A DNA stretch of 63,242 nt, filler included, from Collodictyon triciliatum (GCA_043381765.1; 5 parts of 5 records of this genome joined end to end with filler, not necessarily neighbours in it); one strand, 5' to 3'; counted from the whole stretch's first letter, positions 1 to 14,070 are shown. Notes: generated by a model from the sequence alone, not told the origin. Made by a program: numbers and translations.

Positions 1-808
1 CTTATCAAACGAACCTCACTTCTCTTTTCACCATCCTTTTCGACACCTTGCGCCATCAAAGCAGTATTCCCCCTCCTCCATCCAATCAATATCACCCGTC
101 CCTTTTTTTTCTCGCGGGACACTATCACGCGTCCCCAAAAGAAATCCATGCATCTCTTATCAAGCCTCAAGGACCTCTCTTTTCCCTTTTTTTTTCTTTT
201 TATCCCTGTTTTTCTTTTTTCTATCTCCCACACATCACCACCTACTTTGGAACTACTTGCCTGATGGTTGAATGAAAGATTGTTGAGACAGGCTCAACAG
301 CTAAGACTTTTAGATTTTTAGAAAAAAAATCTTTCCTTCTGTCTTCAGTGAAAACCCATTTGTAAGAGCATACTTCGCCACAGAATAGCCACAGATTAGT
401 GGTGGGAGAGCTTCGAGTATGTCTTCCAATGCCCCTCATTTTTCCGAATTTTTACCCTGTTCGTAACAAAACAAGCTATAATTTGCTTGCGCAAAAGTCA
501 CATACCACGATTTTGTCATGCGATGAAGCAACACCAGTTCTGGTTGTTGTCAATAATGTTGAAAATGCTCGACACGATAGAAGTGGTTGTGACTGAAAAC
601 GAGATATGGCGTATATACGAGAATATGAATACATGGATTTAAAAACGAAGACATTTATATTTTCCACATATATATTACAGACAAGATATTGATAACGCGT
701 TTTAAATCCACACAATGCGTTTTTTATCAAAGAAACAGGCCAACTTTGGCTTCTGCTCTGTAAAACGCCCCCCAAAAAAAACAACAGAAAACCGTGGGTG
801 TGAACAAA

Positions 809-841
809 TGACGCAGGCGATGACGTCAAGGCGTGATGCAA
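809..841 (+). promoter_or_regulatory. Cluster of three bZIP (CRE/ATF-like) sites upstream of the CPT1-like gene
   Basis: TGACGCA (809-815), palindromic CRE TGACGTCA (821-828) and TGATGCAA (834-841), spaced 12-13 bp apart, about 350 bp before the ATG at 1187. Function is inferred. Confidence 0.35.
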
Positions 842-1186
842 GGAATGCGTACCAACGACTCGTCGCTTGGAGAAAAGTCACCAGACAAGAAAGCAAAGCG
901 CAACGCAAGGCCAGACAATGTATATAACTATGACTGTGAGTGCTGTTCTCTTCGTTCTCCCATCAATCAACATGTTTGTATTCCAATGAATCACCCACAG
1001 ACTGAAAGCCCACAACTCATCTCGAGGCAGACGCGCTCGCCCACAACACAAAACAGAACGAGAGAAGGCCAAGCATTATTACAAGCCAACGAAAGAAAAT
1101 CAAAAGACGCGGACACAAAATAACATCAAGAACAAGAACATCAGCAACGTTGTCTTAACTGGACGATCTGTCTAGCTCCAGAAGCC

Positions 1187-4126
1187 ATGAGCCAGGAAGA
1201 CAGCCAGCTGCACTCGGTACCGCCCTCGCCGGGCTTTCGCTGGGGAAACGCAGCCACAATCACAACCACCTCGCTGACCGGCCTGCTCCTTCTCTCCCAA
1301 ATCGCCCCGGACACGGCTCGCATCGTGGTTGGATTCCTGCTTCGCGCCGGCCTCATCACCAGTCTCGTCGGCACAGTGATTCTGAAGCTTCCTTACACAA
1401 GACTGCGTCTTCTTCGCTGGTTGCTGCGGTGGCGCGGCTGGACTCGTAATCCTGACTCCCACGTGACTCGCTTCTACCTGGGTCTTGTGCAGAAGCTCGG
1501 CGGGCAACGTCCTCGCCTGTTCCAGCTGCAGCCTGCTCTGCCTTCGCTCCCTGTGCCGCCTCTGGAGCAAACCCTCTCCATTCTCCGCGAGAGCCTCCTA
1601 CCACTGCTGACCACGGCCGAACTTGCCGAATTTGATGCACTGGCCCAGCGCTTTACCGCCCCGGGTGGTGTTGGAAAGCAGCTGCAAGGACGCTTGGAGC
1701 TGTACGCTGCAGAAATGGCCGACAAAAGCAACTGGCTTCTACCCTTCTGGGAGGAGGTGATTTACCTGTCCTCTCGGTATCCGCTTGCCCTCTACTCTAA
1801 CTGGTATGGCGCCGACCGAGTCCAGCCCGTCGCCCGCTCTCGCATTGTGCGCTGCGCAAACATCCTCAACGGATTGCTTCATTTCAAGCGTCTGATTGAC
1901 ACCCAGGAGTTGCCACCCAACAGGGCACAGAATATCGTCCCCCTGTGCATGTGGCAGTATTCCCGTATTTTTGGTACTGTTCGTGAGCCTCGTGAGAAGT
2001 CCGACGTGCTTCGCCAATATCCTGACTCGAAGCATGTTGTCCTTGCGATTGGGAACACATACTACCGCATCGAGCTATACCACAAGTCTGGCAAGGCCCT
2101 GTCGCTTGTTGAGATCCACCAGGTTCTTAACCAAGCTGTCCGACTGGCAGAACAAAAGGAAAAGGAAGGGACTACTACCGAACTGAGTGTCGCTGTCCTC
2201 ACCTCCCAAGACCGAGATACCTGGGCTGCCCAACGCCAACGTCTTATCCAGTTAGACCCCCTGAACAAGGTAAGGATATAAGCTGAATTCAGTCAAGTCG
2301 TAAGAAAATATCCCCCATCCAATCTTTACTATTTACTAACTTTCTCATTCAATATGTATATATATATACATGGTAATACCTTCACGTACTATCCTAGGAA
2401 ACACTTCACACCATCGAGAGTGCCCTCTTTGTGATTGCCTTTGATGATGCGAGCCCTGAGACGGTGGATGAGCTCGGTATCAGTGGAATGCATCGCTTTG
2501 GCAAGCCAATCTGGTTCGACAAGAACTTTAACTTTATCTTTTTCAAGAACGGTCGTGTCGCAACGAATGTGGAGCACACATGGAGCGATGCCTCTGTGCT
2601 TGTTCACGTAATGGATTACGTGTTCTCTTCCGGTAAGACCATCTAAGAGCAATTACCATCGATTAAGTCGACTGCACAAAATAGATTTATTAGAAACACC
2701 GTTAGATAAGGACTGAGCGTTTTCTATTTTATTTTCTATTTTCCCCATTTCTTTTTCTTGGAAAAGTTTCGGGAAGAATTTTCATTGAGCAAACAACTAA
2801 TACAAAAGCCCTTTATTATCCAGTCGAGAAATACGGAGACATTTATGAATGGGACAGCTCGTCTGCATCCAAGTCCAGCCTTCCCGAGCCTTTAGAGTTG
2901 AAGTGGGCTCTTGATGAGGAATTCCAAAAGAACATCCTTGAGGCTGCTGGCAAGTTCCAGTACATGTGCAACACAGTCGAGCTCAAGGTTTTTTTTTTCG
3001 ACTTTTGATATTTTTTCAAAAAAAAATTAAAAGAAAAGAAACTTGCCCCAGGCTTTGTGTCTCGGCATATTTATCGGTAACAACCACAAACGCAAAGAGT
3101 GGCTCCCTGAACAAAGTGTGTATTCTCACCACATATAATTGGCAATCATATCTACCTCTAAACGCCCGCCCAACCAGATTCTTAAGTTCAACGCGTACGG
3201 CAAGGGCTTCATCAAAAAGGTTGGAGTCAGCCCCGACGGATTCTGTCAGATGGCTTTCCAGCTCACATACTTCCGGCTGCACAACGAGCACTGCCTGACG
3301 TACGAGTCTGCCGCTACCGTTCGCTTCCACCACGGCCGCACAGAGACCGTGCGCTCCTGCTCGAAGCAGTCTAACGACTTTGTCCGTGCTGTGGATGACT
3401 CTGTAAGTGGGAATAAGGAAGCCCCCGACAAAAGACCAATTTTCCATCGCCTTTGCAATAAAGAATCCAACTATAATCGAATCATCATCAGACTATTATC
3501 GGCACCACCATCGCAATTACGGTATTGACTCCATTCCCACTACCAGAGCGTCCCTGCTGCGGAGAAGCTGCGTCTGCTGCGTGAGGCAATCAGCTCACAC
3601 GTACGGTACATGCGCCTGGCCACCAACGGAGACGGAGTCGACCGACATTTGTTTGTGCTGCGTGTAATGGCGAAGCAGGCTGGAATCCAGGAGCCGCTGT
3701 TTGAGCACAAGGTACGGGTCCAAGCCAACATACATGACCAACCAGATACCAAATACGACTGACCAGATGCGATAGTGGGGGGGATGGGCTTCTGGCGGGA
3801 CAAAAGTCAAATGACCACACAAACATAACCCCACACAGGCGCTCAACCTGCCGTTCAAGATGAGCAGCAGCCAGACGCCGGCGGTCGGGATGCTCGGGGG
3901 CGGGTTTGCGCCGGTCTGCCAGGAAGGCTATGGACTGTCCTATGTGGTTGCGGAGGACCGGCTTTGGTTCCACATCACCTCGTACCGCGGCGGCGCCACG
4001 TCGGCAGAGCGCTTTGCCACGGAGCTTTCCAGGGCCCTGGACGATATGTACAGCATCTGCCAGGCGCGCCCGGGTCTTGCCGAGGCCATGTCGGAGCGCC
4101 GCTTCCGTGTGCTCAAGGCCAGCTGA
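1187..4126 (+). CDS. CPT1: Carnitine O-palmitoyltransferase 1-like (choline/carnitine acyltransferase family), 6 exons
   Basis: Exons 1187-2269, 2398-2632, 2824-2987, 3178-3402, 3547-3711, 3839-4126, all GT-AG and in frame. N-terminal hydrophobic segments, LPSLPVPPLEQT, WFDK, catalytic EHTWSDA (CPT1 EHSWADA), SPDGFCQMAFQL, TYESA..RFHHGRTET, GVDRHLF, SSSQTP, GGGFAPVCQEGYGLSY. Confidence 0.9.
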
Positions 4127-4468
4127 GCATCCGCTTCTGTTTCTTTTGCTTCTGATAAGTGCTCTTTTGCTCTTCCATCGCACTCATCATTATTCATACA
4201 CTGAAATTGTGACGATACGATTCTGCCCGCACGCGCTATTTTTTGCTTGTTTGTGCGTATTTTTTTTAGTTATGTTTAATAGGGTGGATGCACTGTCTAG
4301 CAGAGGGCGATGCACATACGCAGACGCACACACGCACAAAGGATCGTTGGCAGGTGGGTTGGATGGATGGAGAGAGACAGACAAAGAGGGAGGGAGGGAG
4401 GGAGGAAAGTAGTATAATTGTTTGTGTGTGTGTGAGTTAGGAGGGTTCCTCGTTGATCTGGTCTGATC

Positions 4469-7400
4469 TTAGGAAGACGAAGGCTCGACCGGTTCGGCGT
4501 CCTGCGAGCTGCGGGAAAGTACGTAGTTTGCATGCAGCTCCACTTGCTGCTGGTACTCCTTCTCGAGCTTCTTGCGGGCGTTCTTTGAGATAGGCTCGTT
4601 GTCTGCGCCGTGTGTGGGGACGCCCTGTATTGAGGCAAGGAGTGGTGTGATTGGATGTGTGATTTGAGGTGTGATTTGGGTGTGATTACCTTCTCGTCGA
4701 ACGCGCTGTACTTGTCGACTTGATCTAGGAACATCTTGGACGGGTCGATTCTGAGGAGAAATTGAGAATGAAAGAAGGTAGGAAGGAAGGAAAAGGAAAG
4801 GGAAGGCTCTGTGTCTGCTTCCGCTTTCTTCTGTTGCGTGTGGATGGGCTGGCAAGCAAAGCAATTGGGAGTGACAACCTTGCGCGCCGCTCCTTCTCCT
4901 CGTTCTTTTTCTTTGCAGCCTCCTTGGCTTGCTGCTTGGCCGCCTCCGCGGCTGCCTGTGCCTGTGTGTTTGGTGCGAAGGAGATCGGATAAAGGAATTA
5001 TGGTCGCATGTTGCGTGGTGGGCGGTGCCCGTAGAGTCAGGGCGGGTTTCGTGGTGTGTGAGATAAATGCTGTTTGTATTTACCGCCTTCTTTTGCTCAC
5101 GCTCGATCCGCAGGGATTCTTTGTCTTCCAGCTTCCACACCGACTTTTCAGACCCCCTGCATTAAAATTTGAATGAATAAAGAAATGATAGTATGATGGG
5201 ATGTATATTAATATTGTTTGATGCTATTTTTTATATTTGGTTTTTTTTTTATGGTAATAATAAAAGGGAAGGAAAGAGATGCGGAACCTGTCTTCAATAC
5301 GCACGCCAAGGTCGGGAAGCACGTCATCGCGGATTTTATCACAGATTTGTAGAAGGCGAGATGTATCTGGATGGGATTGCATGGGAGCCACTGGTTGGTT
5401 TCGAATGGACCGGAAAATAGTTTGGGCATAGAGTATGCATATCTTTTGTATATGCACATGCATTCATATTCATGGGACTTTTTTTTTTTTTTTAAAAAAA
5501 CAAAACAACAACAATAATAATAAATAATACGCGAAGCTTGATTATATCATGTCCGTACCTTTTGAGCGGGTGGCCTCTCGGACTTCGTCGCGGAAGTTTG
5601 TGAATGCATCCAAAAAGGGTGTCAGGATTTCTTCAGTCTGCAAGATTCATTTATCAATTAAATAACCTTGCATTGTGCACTTTCATATCGGAAAGTCATT
5701 CCTTAATCGAGTATGTTGAATAATAGTCTGATTGTGACTTTGGTACTTTGCGGCAAAATCACAGGATGCAAACCATTACATTAGTGGCTTGCGCAGCTGT
5801 GAAGCCAAAGTCCTTTGAGTCGTTAATGAGTCCAAACACCTAATGATAATAATGAAGCGAAGCGAATTAACTACTGAAACCAGGAAGAAGACGAAGATAA
5901 TGAACATATTTGCTCCATTCATGAAGTATACAGGAGTTCATCGTACTTAAACTAGCTAAAAAGCCAGCCATCAATTAGCAATCATGAAAATACCTTGAAT
6001 ATATATGTAATATAATCGGCGATAGACCGAACAAGAGGGCCACGTGGGCCAGGTTCAGTAATATAAACGTTCGTCTTATTGATCAACTCCAGGAGCTATT
6101 ATTAATTTTAGTATTATTACTATTATTTGCACATTTATGGGTGAATGGGACATTCCCTTTTGAAAACTTGTCTCTCTTTATCAAGACCAAGTTTCATGAG
6201 GACGGTAGTTTTTTTTTTAAAAAAAAAAGTACATGAATAATAAAGCATTTGAATCAGAAGAAAAAGAAAAAGAAAAAGAAACAGAAAAAGAAAAAGAAAC
6301 AGAAAAAGAAAAAGAAAAGAGAATGATAAACCTCATTTAAAACAGCTGGGGTGTTAAAATTGTCTTGGAGGCTGGCATGCACCTTGGCTTTAACAGCCTG
6401 GTATCTGATGTTCATTTTTCAATTAATTAGTATAGTTGATATGAAGTAACATAAGGGAAAGCAGGTTATATCATAAGAGTGTGCATGGTGTTCTAATCGA
6501 TAGTGAAACAAGCAATTATTGTAACCGTGATAATGTGATGAAGATTAATAAAACAGTGAGATAATCATTTATGTTAACTTTATTACAAAAATGAAAAAAT
6601 CAATTAAAAATTACAAAAGTATACAATAATTAAATAGTCATTTCTTTGGTGAAATCGATATAGCAAAGTACTCTTCATTCAAGAGCTTGTCCTTGGCTTC
6701 CCAACGCTGCGCAGCGTCCAAGTTTACCGTACGGAGCAAGGCTTTAATATTGTGAAAGAATTCAACGAACTTCTTATCCTTTTCAACAGCTGTTTGCAGA
6801 CCACGGTCGCTAAAGTCCATTCCCGAATCATACTAATAGGAATATAAATCAGGTTGAGCTTCTACCTAGCACTTGAATATCTCATTTATCTACTGTTTAT
6901 TGTGTTACCATTTTGGGTACTGAAACAACACAACAGAGAACATCCTTACATTTCTTTCATATAAAAGTTTTTTTTTTTTAAAAAAAAACAATAGTAGTGG
7001 TTTCAATTTTTTTTTTCATAGTGAGAATAGCCAAAAGCTATGACAAACTTTGTGTAGCACATAAAACATTCGGATTTGACGAGCTGTATACTTCTCCAAA
7101 ACCGCCTGTAAAAATGAGTATGATTATTGAAATGATAAGAGCCTATCGTACACAGCTGACAAAAGAACGAGATTATATCCACAAAGAAAAGTAAAGTATT
7201 AAACATACATCGATGGTGATAAAGTTCTTGAGAGATTTAGACATCTTCAACCCATCGATATTCAAGTGACCTGTGTAAATTAATACATATATACAATAGC
7301 CATACTTTACTCTGACAAACCGGATTTATTAAAGAGGGATGAGTTAAAGACTAAGACTGTATTAAAGTGGAGCGATCGAAAATGAAAATGGACGGATTAA

Positions 7401-9585
7401 TAATAAAATAAAGCATACCTGCATGTAGGAAGTAGTTGACCCATTGATTGGACTCAAAGTAGGCCTAATACACAAGAATATTTCATTACATTACAACGAT
7501 ATGACATGCTATTACAATTGAATTATTTGGGTAGGTATTTCCCCCATTTTGTTTCTACTGCGAAATTGAACATGAACATCAGATGAGTAAGATTTGTAAA
7601 CAGAGTTTTGTTGGTGAATAATCACCGATTACAAAACTTCAGAAGTATCTATTCATAGCATCATCTCATTTTAGTTTCATCTTGAAAGGATGAGCACCTT
7701 GAACTATTAAACAAACCTCGCACTGCGCAATTTCATTGTCATGATGAGGAAATCGCAAATCGCATCCACCTGAGTGGATATCCAAGACAGAACCGAGGAT
7801 GTCACTAAATATTGCGCGGTACGCAATGTTAATGCACATGATGGGACATACTGTTTGTATTATGTGTTTTTCTCGCAGAGTTTTGTAACATGCAATCAAA
7901 ACAAAAATCCAACAGGAGGAAAAAGAATGTCAAGGCAAAAATTATTGTAATGGTTTAGGAAACCTAGCCATCGCAGAGCACTCAATATGCCATCCCGGAC
8001 GACCTTGCCCCCAAGGAGATTCCCAGAATGGCTCGCCCTCTTAAATGAAAAAAAAAGTGCGGCATTTTCTTTACTTTCACACTCCTGATAGATTTTCTAT
8101 TCTAATGTACGCTAATGAATGTCTGCCTTATGCCTTACCCTTGGATTTTTTCCACAAGGCAAAATCATGGGGGCAGCGTTTCTCGATTCCGATACTGAGG
8201 GCGCCTATATATGAATAATATAAAAAATAAACAAAGTACCAGAAGAAAGATACTTAAATAGACGCAGTTTCAAATGGATGAGATGTGGTGGATAGTTTTT
8301 TTTATATACACTGAAATAACCTTCTCCTTCGTTCAGAAGGGCATCATTTCCAACAGAGTTTGGCTCCAGTTTCCCATAAAAGTGAGACTTCTCGTCATTG
8401 AACCTTGCTGTGTCAAAGTAAACAGAACCACCACTCTCGTATCCGTATCCATTTGCGATAATTCCTATACAAATATATTTGTTGTTGTATGTTCTTTCTT
8501 TTCATTTGCGAAATATGAGAGATTTTTGGAATGATTCATTGACCGATAAGGTAATTAACAAAGAGCTACACATTCGCATATGCTCATAGATACAGAGGCA
8601 AACAAAAAAACTCACTTTCGATGTAGGCGATAATCTCTGGGACATATTCGCTCACTCGGGTAATAGTGTCGGGTAGTTGAACACCAAGTCGGGTCATCGA
8701 GTCAAAGAATTCTTTTTCATATTTTCTTGAGATAGCGGTGAAGTCTTCCTGAGACTTATTTGCTTTGATGATAATCTAATAATATTCGAAATGTGATTAG
8801 GAGTAGAGATTTTGACGAATAACATTTTGACGTTGATACTACTGCAATAGAAAAAGGGCTACAACCTTGTCATCAATATCGGTGATGTTCATAACCAAGA
8901 ATATGTCATATCCAAAGTAATCACGCAAGATTCGACGTACAATGTCGAACGATACATAATTTCTAAATAGATAAATAATTCTTTTTAAGTCATAAAGATA
9001 AATAAACCATATTGCAAATAAGAAATCCAAATCCAAGTATTCACTACATTAATGCGATTCATGTAATAAGCAAAACCTAGCATGACCCAAGTGAGGAGAA
9101 TCATACACTAATTAAGATAAATGCAAAACCAAAACTTTTTTAAAGCCTGACAAAATATCTTCTGCGTGCATGTTATAGAAAAAATAGCACAAAGAACTCC
9201 ATGCGTGTACTTGACTAGGGATAACTTAAAACAAAATATAAAAAAATATAAACAAATACACAAATAAAGGGGTTATCGTGTTTTCACAAACCAGTTGGAC
9301 CGCAAGTGTACCAACGAAGAAGTTGACCATCGTGAGGGACGAGTGGAACCTTAAGTGTAAAACATTTGTGAGTATAATATCAGCTCTACAGCTCTTATTG
9401 TCTGGGCCAATGTGATGGAAGGGGAAGAAAAAAAAAAGAAGCAAAGGAGGAGGTTTTATGTTTACCTTGGTCCTTGTCAGACTGTTGTAAACTTTGACAC
9501 CACGATCGATGCCTGTGGTGGGCTGATTCCAAACAGGCTGAGAACGCGACCCCATTGCCTTGGTTTTCGCTACAAAAGAAAACAT
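4469..9585 (-). CDS. CARS1: Cysteinyl-tRNA synthetase, about 21 exons
   Basis: Spliced translation gives [24 protein letters not shown] (HIGH motif), [68 protein letters not shown] and a eukaryotic C-terminal extension. Start is ATG 9585 or the in-frame ATG 9555. Confidence 0.95.
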
Positions 9586-11342
9586 CGCAGTGAAACCAAA
9601 GTCAACCCCAAAGAAAAAAAAACTACCACTTATAACAGTGATAAAGGCACAGATCTTTCCTTAGCATAAACTTGCTCCCCAACCAAACTCTCTAATCCTA
9701 TGCTTCTTGTGCGTATCCCTTTTGAGATATATATATGCGCTCACATATGTAAACAGACTATTTCTTGGGTTAAGCCCATATTCACAGTCGCCAATACGAC
9801 ATTCTTCCTGCCCTCTTTCTGAATACACTACAAATAAGAAGGTATCCCTGCTTCTGATTTCTTGATTCATTCTCGGCGGGCACAAATCAGCCAAAATATG
9901 TCTCCTGCGAATCCATGCCTTTAAAGGAAATACATGTTTTGCGCTCGCTAAAACGCCGTCTCCAAAAATACACGCTTTAGAGAACGCGTTATAAGGGAGA
10001 TAATGGCGTTGGAAAATCCACGCAGAAGGCCACAGAATGGGATTCCATTCTTTGTGGATTTCCACACTTGTAAATCAAATGAGGAAAATATAACATTTTT
10101 AGTGTTTATCAAACTTCATATGGGGAATTAATATTGATAATATACTTTCAATTAAAATATATGTATGCACTTAATCTACCAAAAGTGTGAATGTCCGATT
10201 CCTTTCAATAAGTACTCCCAAAACCTGTGCGGATAGGTGTGCACGAAACACTCACCGAAAATCAAATGAAGATGGAGGACAACCAACCTTTCGCTTTGCA
10301 GATACAATCTGGTATCATAGTCCGGGGATTTTGAATCTTTCATAACCACACATTATTCAGATGTATCAGTCCAGCAAACTCTTCTCGAAGCTAGAAAAAA
10401 ATAAAAAGAAATAAAAAAGAATGGAATAATCACCACAATATATGATTACTAAATTACATATTGTCGAATATACGTATCATTTTTTGTAATTTTTTTTCAT
10501 CACTTCGTTTGTTGCAATGCCGTTCAAAATTACCCCAAAACGCACAGAACATCACGCAGGAACCATCAAATCCCTCTAAAGAAACCGATGATATACGTTT
10601 TTTCATACCATATTAAGCGACCAAGAAATTACAGGATTTACGTTTCCACAGGAACGACAGAATACCCAGCAAATGTCCCTCAAACGCATTTTAAAAACGC
10701 ATTTGTACCGGGTGCGTTTCCAAAAAGAAAAGAAAAAGTGTGAAAGGTGGGGAAATCAGGCAACGCGATCTGCGATGATTGTGTCGAATGAGCGAACCAA
10801 CCACGAAACACATTATTGAAAGAAAAAGAAGAAGAAGAAAAAAAGAAGATAATAGGAAAGTAAGAAGTAAAATAATATAGATAAATCATCACTGATGGAA
10901 CCTGGGCGAAAGAATGAAATAAAAAAAAAACCGCCATATCGATCACCCAACCACACACAGAGTCTTATTGTTCAGGACGATCAGATCAGAAACAGGAAGG
11001 AAAAAAAAAAAAAAAGAAGGCACAAGAGGGCCCAGTATCAACCAAAGCAGCTTGACCCCAAAACAATAGCGTTTCGCTTCGGTTTGGTCAACAGCAAAAC
11101 ACTCACCTATATCTACTATGCAGATCAAACAACTTTTGCCAGCTGCTGCAGCCTTCGAGTCCGCCAGAACAACAACACACGTTCAAGAGACAAAGCACAG
11201 CATGTAAACAGTCGCATATACCAAAAAGAAAAAGAAGGGAAAAAGACCCAAACAATCCCAAACACAACCACGCACATATCATGCAACCTTGAATTATATC
11301 CCACAAACATAAACATGTACACTCCGAAATACTCCCACTAGA

Positions 11343-13879
11343 ATGAGCCACGCCCAAGCCGCTATGGGTCAACATCCGCTCGACCTTCTTTACTACGTGT
11401 CCTTCCAAATGCTCCAAGCACCTACAAAAGCTCAAACACAAGCTCAACCACAAGCTCAACCACAAGCTCAACCACAAAATCAACTACAAAATCAACTACA
11501 AGCTCAACCACAAGCTCAACCACAAGCTCAAACACAAGCCACATCATCTTCCACATCACCACCAGTTTCCATGCCTCTTCCAGCCCCAAACATCCATTCG
11601 GGAGTCATTCCTCCGCTGGAGTTTATGCCTTCTGTTCTGGAGCTCCTCTGCGACTTGATTCAGCGGGCTCAAGCTATTCCAGATGCTGTCCTTCCGGTCC
11701 TGCTGCATGCCCTGCCCAACGACCTGCATGCCTCTCGCCTGGCGCCGCTCATCCGCCTGCGCCATCCGAATCTGCATCTCAGCCCAAATCTTCTGCAGAG
11801 CCCAACGTCTCCGCATTCCTGCCTCGGCCTGGCGATGCCCTTCCATCTAACTTCTTCAGAACGCAGAGCTGGCTGGACCGAAGCCATCAACCGACATCGC
11901 CCAGCTTTTGTCTACATGGTCGACCCAATTGAGCATGACTCTGGTTTGCACCAAAACGCATTGCTTTTGTTAACCTATAACTAGATTCGGTGATAATACT
12001 GACTGACAATTCACGCTTTATATAAATAGACTCAGATCCAAGGTCGAATGGTCCTCATGTCTATGGTAGGAGCGGGAAAAGTCTCGTCCATCTGTCAAAG
12101 CCAGCTACAGACTTGCGCACATTGCAGAAGGAATTGTCCATCGAATGGTGGACTGGGCTTGGTTATGCCACACTGCTCTCCACCAGACTCCCTCACAAGT
12201 CCTTTTTCCGCCGCGATCGATCGGGCGATATATCGTACTCCTACCCTACTGTGTTTCATATCTTGGCACGAATTTCTCCAACCCCTGCCACGAGCCAAGT
12301 CTCACGCACAAGCATCGATCTAACGTCTGCTCATCCTCGCATGGCGCTCACTGCATCCGCTGAGTCCATCCCTGCTTCAAAAGGAGCTCTTTTGCCTTGC
12401 TTGATGACATCAACACAAAAGACTCTACCACAATCCCCTACGCAATATGGGCTCATGAGCGACTCGACTGACCTCGGCAATCTTCCTCTTGGACAAGGAA
12501 GCATGCCCAGTTTATATGCTGCAACGATAAGTAGTCAAATGGGAGGGATGCACGTAGCGAATCCACGCCATCGCTGTGTGGAGCCTGAAGATCTCTTTCA
12601 TGTGTCACGCAAGCAGCCTTTTCGAAAGCAGTCCGGTGCGCACATGGCCATCCGTCGGGTCGGAGTGAACTATGCTTTGCACGTTTATGTCCGCACACAG
12701 GACGGCTCAATTGACTTCTATGACGGGAGACGAGACACATGGCACTCGAACGTAAACATGGACCAGGTGCAGCACGCTGTGGATGGAGAAGGCTTCCAGA
12801 TAGTCCACTTCAACACGCCCCTTTCAGATCTTGTCATTCGCCAGCTGGCGGTCTATGTCACCCGTACAAGACGTTCTGTTGACCGGCTCAAGATGCCTCC
12901 CAGCACAACAGAGGCACACACACGTGAGGTTATTCGCCGCTTTCTGCGCATTAAGGAGCAGACGCCCGATGCAAACCCTGCTGCAGATCTCCCTCCTTGC
13001 GACTGCTCCTACAAGCGACTCCCGAAGCCGGCCACATTCCATTCGCTCCCATCTGCCGCCCAAAGATCCCTGGCCATGATGTCGCAGCTTAACCAAGCGC
13101 AGGCGCAGTTTAGCCAAGAGTTGCACGGCGCAGACACCTCTCGATTGCAGTCCCTGAATCCGCCGCCTCTTCGCTCTATCCCTTCCCAGAGTGCACCCTA
13201 TGTCGCGTTGCATCATGAAAGAAGCATAATTCTGGAGGAAGAAACCCCAGGACCTTCCAATGTGTACGGACTAAAGCCTTTTGTCCCAGCGAAGGAATCC
13301 AATCAGGACGCATTCGCCGTGAACCAGACTTCTCCTTTGTCCCTTTCGCCCGTCTCGTCGCTGCCCTCTTCATCGAGCTCTCCTGTCAACCCCACCTTCC
13401 CTGCTTTCTCGACGGCATTCCCAGAAACGCCCCAAGATTCGAGTCCTTTGCTAACCATCCCACCAAACACAAGCCATGACATCAACAGAGACATGCAAAC
13501 AAACTCGCCCTCAACCCATACCAGTTTTCTGCCGCTTTCCCCAGGAACTGCTTTCCTCTCGAACGCACAGCCCGCCGCCGCATCACAGCGTGATTTCCCT
13601 TGCATCACAACGCCATCCTCGATGGATGAATACCACCAATACGGCGCCCCTGCTGGTCTGTTCAGTGGTGTCTCAAAACTTGACTTTGCTGCGATTCAGT
13701 CGCCCCACCAAGACAACCCCCGTGTTCTTGGGACATTCCTCGGGCGCTCTGTCTGTGGAGACACAAGTACGCAGACAACATCTTTGGCAGATAGCATCAC
13801 AAAGCCAAAGAAGCTCGCCGCATCATCACTCAGCCATAGTGATTACCGAGATACGCAGGACCAGGAACTCATCGGCTAG
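11343..13879 (+). CDS. Hypothetical protein (~810 aa): QAQP-repeat N-terminus, two related globular segments, S/P-rich C-terminus
   Basis: Two long GC-rich ORFs join in frame through one intron at 11944-12029 (G|GTTTGC...AATAG|AC), giving EHDS-DSDPRSNG. No family recognised. Confidence 0.7.
11428..11539 (+). repeat. Coding 12-bp tandem repeat (CAAGCTCAACCA and variants) encoding QAQP/QNQL
   Basis: Directly visible; translates AQTQAQPQAQPQAQPQNQLQNQLQAQPQAQPQAQTQA. Confidence 0.85.
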
Positions 13880-13999
13880 CTTGTCATAGGTGCCGCTATC
13901 CTCACTTGGTTGATTTGCTGAGGCTTGTGTTCTGCCTACAAAAAAAACAAAACCCAGTTTGATATGGCTAGAAGGCATCAAAGAAATCAAAATCAAAAT

Positions 14000-14070
<71 letters not shown>

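Noticed and set aside
437-634. Possible tiny two-exon minus-strand ORF with a mitochondrial-presequence-like N-terminus (MYSYSRIY...RAFST)
   Set aside because: Splicing gives a stop after about 49 aa and there is no recognisable domain; not supportable.
5168-5186. TTTGAATGAATAAAGAAA, similar to the micro-element core (partial match also near 45977)
   Set aside because: One-base deletion in the core and no clear flanking duplication; not counted as a copy.
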